From the NCBI GenBank assembly GCA_015232565.1, contig JADFZK010000003.1, positions 64,540 through 128,539 on the forward strand: a stretch of DNA of 64,000 nucleotides, in the 5' to 3' direction. The notes beneath the pieces are model-generated. The model was given only the letters and a program-made list of their open reading frames with translations. It searched no databases and was not told where the DNA came from. The number at the start of each line of letters is the position of its first letter. The stretch's first letter is position 1. Made by a program: the position numbers and the translations under genes. The DNA is from Candidatus Omnitrophota bacterium. GTDB lineage: Bacteria > Omnitrophota > Gorgyraeia > Zapsychrales > Fredricksoniimonadaceae. Of the stretch, positions 15,001 through 27,000 are shown one piece after another.

Positions 15001-18000
15001 ATAAATCTGGCACCACGACCGGCCAAAACAGCTACCACGCCATATACAACCGGTAAAACACCCGGAGGCAGAGCGCCCCCGCCCGACCCGCCGGCTGCGA
15101 AGGCATTGCCAATAAAGCTAAAGAAACTCATGAGGAACAGGACCACGGGCAAAGCGCCCGAATGAGGTGTCATTGGGGTCGTACCCGGCACTTGCGGCAT
15201 AACTGGTACCGCCGGCATTGCCGGAACAGCCGGCGCGGCAGGCATTACCGGTGCAACAGGTGCCGCTGGTGCGGTTGGTACCGCTGGCGCGGTCGGGGCC
15301 GTAGGTGCATTAGGTCCGGGTGGTGCTACCGGGCCGGTTGGAACAGTAGGACCGGTAGTTCCTGGACCGGCAGGCGGTAAAGTATTATTCGCGGCCAGAT
15401 TGGTGGTGGGCGCAGTAGGAATAGCCAGCGGATCAGCTGTTAACGGAGCCGTAGTATCCCTATTGGGCTGGTCACTATTGGCCCGCAATAATTCCGGCAA
15501 GCCATAAACCAGCGTTTCCCCCTCTCTGGTGAACAAAGGTTTGCGTGCCAACTGTTTAGCATCCTCAATGACCTCACGGCTATGCTGTTGCTCAGCTTGC
15601 GCTTTAGATCTGGCGTCAGCCGCCGAGACAGGTTGCTGACTAGCGGCAAAGAGCGAGCCCAAAGCCAGCCATATCGGGAGCGTAGTTCCCTTGGTACCGG
15701 TTGGCGAAGATGGTGCGGCCGGTGAACCCGGCGCTCCAGGAGCAACCGGCTTTGTTGCCACACCAGCGGGACCAGTTGCGAAGGTAAGCGCTTCCTGGTC
15801 AATCTCCATGTGCAGAGCCGCCAAAACATCCATTTTGGCCTTAACATCCGCAATAGCATTCGTAACTGCTTTGGTAACACCCGGCTCAATTCTAATAGCG
15901 TCTTCCAAAACCTGGACAGCTTCAAAAGATTCGTTTAAAGCCGTAGGATTACTGCCCAACATACCCAGCAAAACCTCAGCATTGCGAGCTTGCCTTGCCA
16001 AACGTTCGACATTAAGAAGTTGCACTCCCTCATCTTCACCGAGGGTGAGAGCAAAACTATCCAAATCCGCCTTCAATTGTGCAAGCGCAGAGCTGGCCGC
16101 AGTTCTGGCATTATTGAATTTGTCCGCCGTTATTTCATTCTTCACCACCACCACTTTATCTGGATCGTCTACCAGTTGACCCAGACGAACCTCCATATCA
16201 CCCGGCAACTCCGCGAGTTTCTGCATCACAGCTTGCGTTTTAGGCTCGTCCATCTCTCTCATTGCCAAAAGCGGCAATAGAGCCGGATTTCCTGCCAGAA
16301 CGCTATTTAAAATAAAGTTGGGCGTAATGGTGCGCCCACGGCTCTGGCCGATCCACCGGGACTGGTTGCTACCCACAACTTCCACTCCGCTGCTGGGCTT
16401 GTTACTAAGGAGAGCGATCGCTTCACGCACCCTGGTTTTCGTTTCTCCGGTAACCAATTCCCCAAGATATGCCAAACCCGCTAACGTACTACGATTGTTT
16501 AACACCACCAGCATCGCAATTGTATTTAAAGACAGCAACTTGGCCTTAACATCGTCCGACTCCGGCAGACTGGCCAGGAAAACCTGAAGTTTCCGGGCCT
16601 CGGCCTCAGCTCCAGCCAGAGTAATGACCTGTTTCGCACCGTCCCGCATTAAATTAAAGGCCGCGGCAAAAAGAAGGGGCGATACTCCGGAACTGGTCAA
16701 GGCCTGCTCCAACATCGGATATGTCAGCACCGCATCTTTCGCCTGCTGTACCGCTTTTGTCAATTCTTCGGCACTGGATTTAACTGTCTGCTCAAGTTCT
16801 TTGCGTTTATTCGCCCGCTCCTCAACCTGTGTGGGGGTTAAGCCGTCCGCAGATTCGGCCAATTTAGGCTCGGCTAATTGAAACTCGGTATTAACTAGTT
16901 TCTTATATGCCTGAATAACCTTATCGGCAATAGTAACAACATTATCTAACGCATCTATAGTTGGCTGGTCTATACCATGTGTAACCTCATTAATCTTTGT
17001 CAACCATGCATTAAGATACACCAAGCAGTCCTGGTTATTAAGCGCCTCCTCAGCCAATTGCAAAGTCTCTGCCAGAACCGCCGATTCCTGAGGGGAGAAC
17101 CAATTACGGAATTTGTCCGCCAGCTTCCGATGGGTGGCTTGCCGGGCAATCATTTTATTAAGATCAGACCAGCCATCCTTAGCGCTATTAAGCGCCAGCG
17201 CAGCCAGTTTCAAAGCCTCTTCCTTGGTATTCAACAGACCAAAAGACGCCATTACCGATATGGCCGGAATATCTTGCGCCCTTAAAGGAGTGCCCACCAG
17301 GGTTACAGCCAAAGAAACAATGTCCGAGGGGCTAACCAATAATTCGGCCAGTTTCTCGCGCGCAGGGACGTCCAACATGACGATTCGCGGCAAAATAGCC
17401 AGAACACTCTTACCCGTAGGCGTAACCACACCCTTGTTCAGCAGTTGCGGATTGTTTTCAAACTGCTTGCGGACGACTTCCTTTTCCACCTCGGTCAGGC
17501 CGCTCTCCGCTACATACTTGTTAAAAGTCTCCGCGCCTTCGTAATGATCAAAAACATTCTGCTCGATCCTGTTAGCCAAGGCCGCTATCTGCTGGTCAAC
17601 TTGGGCCAGGAAAGCCCGGTTCTCCGCAGAAGCCTGCCAAAGCGCCCGTACGGTACCGGCACTACGCAAACCAAGTTCGTCTTTGAACTTCCGGGCATCC
17701 TGCGCTACAAACGCGGCGCGTACTTCCGGTAAGAAAGTAGCCAACCGCTTTTTATCATCAATAACGAACCGGTTTTCAGTCTCCAGGTTGAGCCGCACAT
17801 AAAAGCTCGGCAGGCCAAACTTTTGCATACCCACACGATTTTTGGATTGAGCACGCTTGGCGAACTGGGTATAAGAGTCCTCATCCATGTGATAACCAAT
17901 AATTACCGCGCCAGCCTGCAATTTAGTGAGATCGAGCTCTCCGTTCGCATTAACAAAGTGCTCCTTGAAAGGATTACTGCCCGTGGGTTCCCCGACCATT

Positions 18001-21000
18001 AAAAGCACCAGCGGCTTACCGTCGGACATTTCTTCGAAAGCGTCCTTCAGGGCCATTTTGATACTATCGCGATCATTGCCGCCAATGCGTCTTATGTCGG
18101 CTGACGGAACACCTTTGGCAAGCAAATCGGCCTCGACATCTCTCAGATTGGCCTCCGGGGCAACATAGATAACGCCAACTTTACCATTTGCGTTATGCAC
18201 ATTACGAAGGCTAATAATATCCTTGCCTACTGTTTGAATATCCTCTTTATAGGTGTCAAAAAGGCGAACATCATTGTCCTTGACCGCCTCAAACATCGAT
18301 TGTTCTTCTTCCAGAACCACGATCTCGTGGCCCAAAGTCTTAAGAGTGGGCGAACTGGTACCGCTGAAAGAACCAACCTTATTCAAGCCAACCTGCTTAA
18401 CCGCCATCAAGAAACTGGTGCGTTCTTTCTGCTCCGAATGCAGGGCATTGATGATAAACCGGAGCGCTTCATCTTCTTCGTTATCACGCAGCAAATCCTT
18501 GGCAAGATAAGCATTAGCAAAGGCCGACTGATACGGGTCGCCAAAGATCGTATTCGGCTCGGTCACCAAAACCTGGTCTAAAATGTTGTACAAATACAGG
18601 GCTTGCGGCTTTTCCAGAAGAGCCTTGTACTCATCCCGGGCTATTGCAGCCCCAGAACGGTTGCCAGCCTGGATAAGACCTTCGATCTCAGCTTCTTTGT
18701 TGGCCAGTTCCTGACGCAAAGCCAGGCTTTCGTCTAACTGTGCTCGAGTGATCTTCTGGTAATCGCGGCCTTCGGCCATCCGCAAGAAATTAGCGGCCGA
18801 CTGAACAATGCTCCGGAAAGCATCCAGCCCGTACACACCGTCCGCAAACTTCTCCCGGAACAAGGCCTCAATGACCGGCATATATTCTTCGCGAATTGTC
18901 CCCACAAAGCGGTTCTTGGCCTCGCCGCCCGGTTGCAGAGTTGGATTATCCAGGAGATCAGAATGTACGATCATCAACTTTTTGAGTTCATCAACCAGCT
19001 TCAGGAAAACCCGGCCTTCCCGCTTTTTGGCTTCCAGGGCTTTCGCGCCCTCTTTTTTGGCCGCTTCATAGGGCTGATCACCCGTGGAACGGATAGAATC
19101 CGGACGCGACGTGACCGACTGGAATTCATCCACCACCACCGCCATTAATTCTTCCCCATCCCGGAAAGTTACCGCCTTCATATAATCCGGATGATGCTCT
19201 ACCAGGTTCGCACGGGTAATAACCTCGTCGTAAGCCGCATAGCGGATGGTAAATTTCCTGCTTTCATCATAGGAAAAATGCTTAAAGAAATTCGATCCGG
19301 CCATGAGCGGATCTTTCATGTCTTCATCGCGGCCGGCAAAACGTTCGGCAACCATATCGGTTGGCTGGATCCCGTTAGCCGCAACTTGCCCCTCGGGAGC
19401 CTTGATCTTGACAATACGCGACAAATTGGCATATTGGTTAACGCACTTATAAAAGAACATAGCCAGATGATCGTTAGCTATCTGATCGATCGAAAACTCC
19501 TGTAAAACCCACATTTCGATGGTGCCCTTTGCCTCGGCGCTGGTCTTATTGAGTATCCTGAGGGTCAGCGCCAGGGCGCCGTACTCAGCCGCAGTCTTAC
19601 CCGCACCAAGACTAAGGATAATAGAAAGCGCCTTTTTATCTTCATCATCACGTAACAAACTGGCCGTACGTAAAAGAGTTTCCACGATCTGTTCGGGATT
19701 GTACTTGAAGGCCGGCAGAACTTTCAGAACACCACTGACAGGATCGGTGACCTCTTTATAAAGGGCTAAGCCTTCCAACATTATCATTTTTGCAAGGTCG
19801 TCAGAACCTATCAACCACGCGGCGGTACTGGAGGAGGAAGACTTCTCTTTAATGATCTCTCTGGCTTGCTTAAACACGCCCCTAAATGCTTCTAACCTCG
19901 CCTCTTCCGCACCGGCCAGCGCGGCTCGGTCATTGGTGCCGGTAAAAAGCTGTTCTTCCGGCCCGGGCTGGTTAAAGTCTACCGGCGTAACATTACTGGC
20001 CGGGATAGCGGGTAAGGGCACCACATTGTCCGGCACCACCGCCGACGGCTTGCGGGCAGATCCGGCGCTCAAAGCCGAGAGTTTGGGCCCGGCGGTTGGT
20101 AATACTTTAGCCGGGGGCGCAGGCGGGTTCATTAACTTGCCGGGCAGGCCGATAATGCCATCCACCAGGCGTTTCACCCCCGGCGGAACGGCCGGCAGAG
20201 GCGCTTCATTATCCAGCTGACCCTTGGCGGCCCAGGTCGGAACCTGGCGTAGCCCTAATATCTTGGGATCAGTCACACCCACCGTTGCCGGTGTGGTCAC
20301 GCCGTCATCGGCAAAGAAACTCTTGCCTGCTTTACCATCACCCTGATCAACGCTATCAGCTCCCAGCGATTCATCCTCTACCGCCAGCGGCTCAACCACG
20401 GCCGGAATACCGGCGCCCCGGGGAGCATTGGCCGCGGACAGACGGGCCTCGGCCAGAATAGCCCGGGCTTCCGCCAAAGACTGGGCCTGCGCCTCGGCCT
20501 CGGCTTGAATAGCCTGGGGATCGTTCCACGGATAGCGGGCTTTGTAAACGTCTTCGCTAAGTTCGGGCGCTTTGCCCTGGCGCAAGGCTTTAAGATTGCG
20601 GATCTTCTCCAGCAGTTCGTCCTTCTCCTTACGAGTAAGGGTGCGGTCATTACGCAATTGGTCACGCATGCGGGCCAAAGCCTTAACCTGGCCCTGATTG
20701 GCTTCCGGCTTTCTGGCTTCGGCGCGCCGATAGTTCTTGGTAAAGAGCTCGAAATAGTTGGCGTTAACGGTCTTGACAAAGATCACCCCGTTCGCATCCA
20801 CATAAACCTCGAGCATGCGGCCTTCCCACTTCTTCAGCCAGGTATTAAACTCGGCCAGGCGAGCTTCCACCGCCGGAGCATCCGCGGCATTGGCTTTGGC
20901 GAATCTACGCACTGCAATTAACTGGCTGGCGATCGAGTCGTTCAATTCATCCAGCCGGAACACGTGTCCACTGCCTGCCAACTGGCCGTTAACTCTGTTC

Positions 21001-24000
21001 CATTCGTCCTGCACGGCTTTGGGCCATTTGCCAATACCGTACTTGAAGTTCAGCAGGTCCACAATACCCTGGGCCTGAAGCTCGCCCTTAGTGGCATGAT
21101 GCTTGAACGCCTTTATAGCTTCAACAACCGAGGCCGCATCAGCAGGCACTTCCTTGATAATTGCCCGTACTTCCGGCGGCACTTTATCCAGAATGTAGCT
21201 CATGAACCAGGTCCAGAACCCGGGGAGATTGGCTCCGAACTTGCCTAAAGCCCAATTCACCCAGGTGGGGTCCTTAGCGCTCTGCGCGGCATTGGCACTG
21301 ACCTGGAAGCAAGAACCCACCTGGATACGGTCGGCCGCAGTAACCTCGGATAAGCCGGAACGGTCGGGCGCCGGCAGGCCCAGGCCTCTATACAAGAAAT
21401 CCACTTTTTTATCCGTCAACCGGGCTATCGCGGCCAAAGCGCCCGCATTATCAGTACCACCGGTTAAAGCGTCTCTCAATTCTGGCTTCGAATGATCCCG
21501 CATGATACTGGCCAACGAAGTTTCCAGAGTTGCATCGTTAGCGGCAGGATCAACAACCAGGCTCGGAGCGGGCAATGGCAAATTGGTGCCAGGCAAAATA
21601 CCATTGGTATAAACATGAGAACGAGCATCCGGATTGGCCGGCTCCACCGGGCCCTTTATCTCCGGCGTTCCGGCCGAAGATTTTCGCTCCAAACGCTCCT
21701 TGGAAATAATAATACTTCCCGCCTGCGCTGGCTTTAATCCTGACCTGGCATCCGCGGCTTTAAGAACCGGATTAACCCTGGCCGGATCATAAAAAATAAC
21801 ATCATTGCCCCAACTCCGGGAATATTGCTGATGCACCATCGGCCAGGCGGCATTCCCGGCATAAGCCTGCCAATTCTGATCGAAATAACCAATAGGCATC
21901 CCCACCCTGACCCGGGTGCCAACCTTGACATTGCTGAAATTAGCGTGGGATACGCGCAACTGCATACCGTCAATAGTATCTATGAGGACCGACCCGCCAT
22001 GCGGCACCGCAACGCCATCAAAATATTCGTAATAATTAGTTGCAACCTCCTTAACCTGCCCGTTAACTACCGAGAGTACCGGGATCTTCCGCCCGCCCTT
22101 CAAAGACTCCAGTGCCATGAAATTCAACTGTTCATCATGTCCAAGATGGATCCTGGAATTGGACTCACTGTTGCCATTCGCACGGCCGCTGGCAAACTGG
22201 TCTTTTGCGCTGGCGGCCATCAAATTACCAAAAGGAACTGTGAACCCGTGCAAGCCGGTTGTTTTAGCCGAGCCATTGCTCCACTCCAAAGGAGAAGCCA
22301 GAACACTGAGCGTCTGAAGATCCAGTCTCTTCAGGAAGGCCTGCCCGCGTGCCAGCGGATAAATAACCTTACCGTTAACCTTGACCTTCAGCTTGAAATT
22401 GGCATCAGGGAACAGCTTGGCCAAATCCGCTTCCGGCGGTAACAGCGGCAATACATCCTTAAGCGCCAGGGCGCCAGCGCCCTTTGCCGTTAGATCGATC
22501 CTGGTGTTGTATAAGGCATTGCAATTCGTAACGATCTGCCGGGAGATCGCATTATAAAAAGTCCGGGGACTCAAGGGGAAGTCTACCGATAATGCCACCA
22601 TCAACTGCTGGGCCGGAGTCAACTGCTCCAGGGTATACCCGGACAACTGCAGTTGGCCGTCTAACCGCTCAAGGTTTTCGGCCATCATCAACAGTCCTAT
22701 TTGTGCCGACTTCTCAGGATCCTCGAGAGTCTTTTCATAAAGTATCCCACGCTGAGCGGCCGGGGTAGACGAAAGAACTGCCGCCGGGATAACCTTGTTC
22801 CATATGGCTTGCGAAACACTACCGGCGCGGATCTGCAATTTGCCCAACGACTTTACATAAAGAGAAGCCGGCACTTTGGTACCCAGGTTAAACACCGTGG
22901 CGGCCTTCTTTACCTCTTGCAAGAAAGAAGCTTCGGCGGCACGCGCCTGTTTCTCAACACCAAAATAACGCTCCAATTCCGTGATCGCCCTTAAGAAATC
23001 CTTGGCTACTTGCCGCCGGCCGGTAGGACGATAAGTCTCCGAACTGGCCAAATGCTCAATAGCCGCCTGCCCTATATTCCCCTTGGCCAAAGAGTCTTCC
23101 ACGGCACGTTGTTTCACGATCGACGGCACACCATTACAACCCAGAACACCCAGCGCCACCGCCATCATTGCGGAAGTCCTTACAACACCATATTTTACAT
23201 CGCTCCATTTACGCTGGCTCTTTAACCAGCGGTATGATGTTGAAGCCAGCGCCGGAAGGGCCACCATACCCGCTACCGCAACACCCACGGAAACCAGTTT
23301 GTGATCATAATTGTAGCCGAGCGTGCTATTCAATGCCTGAAAAGCCGACAAATATCCCAGCGAAAGCGCTCCGCCAATAGCGGACGGAGAAGCCTGCAGG
23401 GGATTTAAAGCCGTCCTCAAGAACTGGCTAATAGGCCCGCCAAAGCGTTTAGGCGCTTCAGATCCCGACTCTGAAACGGACTCGCTGTTTAACGGCGCAT
23501 CACCGGCCAGCGCCAGTGCCGGAGCAGGTGCGAGCTCGGGTGCTGGCGCAAGAGCATCCGGTGTCGAAGCGGCAACCGCAAGCAACGGCGTAGGCGCCGG
23601 TGTTGACGCGGGCTGAGGCGCAGGTGTTAACCCGAAAGCGGCGGGGATCATGGCCAGAAGCAGATCGGCCGCAGGCGCCGGAGCAGGCGTGGAGAACGCA
23701 ACCGGCGGAAGCCCAGTTGGCGGCGAAACAAAAATAAACGGTGTGAGCGGATTGTCAGTCGCGGGAGCGGCAGGAGCCTCAAGGACAACGGGTTCAGATA
23801 CGGCGGAAGCCGGAGCGCTCAAACCCGTGGAACCCGAAGCCGCAGTCGGTGGCAAAGAATCATTCTGATCACCCTGAGGGGGAGCCTGGGGCTGATTTGT
23901 ATCTTCCTCATTACTAACAAGCTCAAAACCAGGGCGCCCCGCCACAGGCTCAGTCAATGCAATGAGATCATCAACGCTGGTTTTAAATTCAACAATAGCC

Positions 24001-27000
24001 GAACTCGCGCCAGCCTTATATTCCACATCCCAAACCATCTTCTGCAATGCATCTATTGCCGCTGCTTGATGCTCCATGTTTACATCAAACCGGATCTGAT
24101 TAATTCCCAGCTTTTTGGCCCGCAATGCCACGGAACGCAAAAGGGCCGCGCCCAAACCAAGTTTTGCTTTAGCGGCAACATGCTTGATAACGATATACGG
24201 CTCACTCCCGGCAACTTCCGGGCCCTGCTCTGCCACCACATAACCCAGGACAGCCCCTATTTTATCGGCTACGATAGCATTAAGCGCTAACGGATCTTCA
24301 CCCATGAATAACGCTTTGATCTGATCGCCATTTCCACCTAAGCCGCCCACCTCCTTATTAAGCAGATCGGCCTTGAACCACAGGGCTTGCTTCAGCTTTT
24401 TGATTCCCTCGTAATCATTCAAGAGCGCCAACGGGATCATTTTTAAATCTCCACGTTGCGTAACCTGCAACGGAGCTTCTTCTGTGGGCAGAACACCAGA
24501 TTCAGGCGTTGCCAAACCAACTGGTTCCGGTGTAGCCTGTTCAGGCGGGACGACCCCCGGGTAAGTAAGCAATTTCTGTTCATTCGCAGATCTTTCAGAA
24601 TACCTGGGATAACTCCAATGCTCCGCCGTTCCCCGGTGATTAAGGAACTCATTGATCTTGTTTATCCGGTGCTGTATGGCCGGCTTTTCGTCTGGCCGCG
24701 CTTTCAGTAAACGCAGGGTCAACTGCTCCAGTTTTCTGTATGCCACTGGTATCTCGCCAAACATACTGGCCTGAGCAGCCAAAAGATCCAGCCGGTCCAC
24801 CAGCCCATCAAACGCCTGGCCTCTTTCCGGATCAGTCTTCCTTAAATACGCCGCCAAAGTGCGCCGATTACTGGCCGCCGCGGCCGCCTCTTTTAATGCG
24901 GCATCCGAAGCAAAGTTATCCCTGTCACTCATTAAAACGATATGTGTTTCATATATCCGGCAGAACCCATCCGTAATTCTCAGCGAATCACTGAAGATCT
25001 TCTGCAGGTGCGTCCGCAGGTCCCCGGCCTGCCACCGGCCCTTTTCTTTGCCAATAGGCTGCTGCAAAGTGAAAATATTGCCATTAGACGTGATCATGCG
25101 GAATTTAACCACCTGATTACCCTTGGCATCTTCCGTTATGGTATTCATCAATTGCTCATCCGACATGCTGTCCAGAACCGTTACCGCAGACCCGAAAGCC
25201 AGCCGGGACTTGAGCGCCATACCACGCCCTCTCAACAGCATGGTCTTAATAGAGGAAGCCTGCGCCCTGGACTCCTCGATATCTCCGCGTTCAAAAGATT
25301 CCTGCATAACTGCGAATTTACCGCGGAAAATAGAAGCCGGCAAGCCCGGCTTGCCGCCCAGTCCGTTTCTTAATGCTTCAAAGAAACCCCTCATCGGTGC
25401 CAGCAGTGTCTGCATAACAGGCGGCAGTTCACTCCACTTCTCGGGAATACCAAAAGTCTCCACATAATGAGTCTTGATCTCTTCCGGCGAGAACTCTTTA
25501 TCGTAAATACCGGACAGAATATCGGCGATCTGCTGTAGCTCGCTGTTATTCTCCAAACGCGCCTGTTCCAAAGCGCCGGGCAGTTCGTTATCGCCGTGCT
25601 TGCTGATGATCAGTTTCTCTTCTTCGTGCATAAGCTCATGCAAAAATACCGCAGCGGAATCGAAATCCATTTCACCGCTCAACAAGAACTTGGTTAAAGC
25701 CCGGCCGGTATGAAATAACTCGTCTGTCGACAAAGCGGCCGAATTACGCTCTTCCAGGGCCGAAGTAGCAGTAATGCGTTTTTTATAACGCTGTTCTACA
25801 AAATTTATCAGTCCGGCTACGAACGAAGTGCTATCGGGATCCGCTTTAAAAACCAGCGAATACGTATCGGCCTTTCCCCCGGCCGCAACCTTGTTAAGTT
25901 TCTGGTCCAGTCCTATCACTTCCACACTAACGCCCCAACCGGACGCTCTTACCTGGAACTTGTTGGCGAGATCATCCATATCCTCTTTGGTAGCGCCCGA
26001 CTTAACGGCTTTTTCCCAAATCTTGTTAAAATCATTGGAAAATTTCTGTGCCTCGGCAATAGCCCGCTCAAAATCAACTGCCTTAACAGTAAAATCCGAT
26101 CCTGCCGCAACCTTACTCACTGTATTGCGGTCCAGAAACTCAACCGTTTGAATATCGCTTTGCGGGATCAAATAATTATCGCCATCCTTAACCAGGATCT
26201 TGTCGAAGAAGAACAGGCCTACCTGATTGCCTTCCTTATCGCGCAAACGGCCCTTTTCCCGATCGATCTCCGTGCCTTCAGCGAATGTGTTGGCACCGTA
26301 AACCAGGTCGCGAGCCAGCACCGACCGGGCCCGGACCACACCCATACCGGCATGGTCAACGCGATAGGTATCCACCGTTTCAATGCGCGAAGCTTTCCTG
26401 CCATCCGGACTTATAGCCCTTACCTGGGCCTTGGAAACATCAAATGCCCCGTCATGATTAGGCATATAGATATGTTCGCCGAATACCGCGGCCTTCACTT
26501 CTCCCTGCTGGCCGCGGATCACCAGGACCTTTTCGCCCTTGTCGTCGTTAGCAAACTCCACCTTGTCGCCGGCCTGTACATTAATGCCGGGCAATAACAC
26601 CGGCGCCTTGTTAACCACTTCACCAAACTTCTTTACCACTCTGCCATCCACCACTTCCATGCGGCTCTTCACAAATAGCTTCTCGTGCCGCATATCCGGC
26701 AATTGCACGTGGTCTTCGGTAACGGCATCAAAAGAAAAAGCCCGCGGGTCATTATCAATACTGGTCCTTTTATACAAAACCCCCTCAAAGATAACCCCCT
26801 TTATGATCTCCGCCTGTTGACCATTAAACGTAAACCGCTCGGTGATTATTTGCGCTTTACGGCCGTCCATATCGGGCATCGGCCGGCCGACAACCAAATT
26901 GTTTGCATCACTGGCCCCCACAGCCCGGGCAATAGCTTGCCGGCTGGCCGCAGTAACGCCCTTATAGAAGTTCGGATCGGCAATACCCTGCCCCTGGTCA

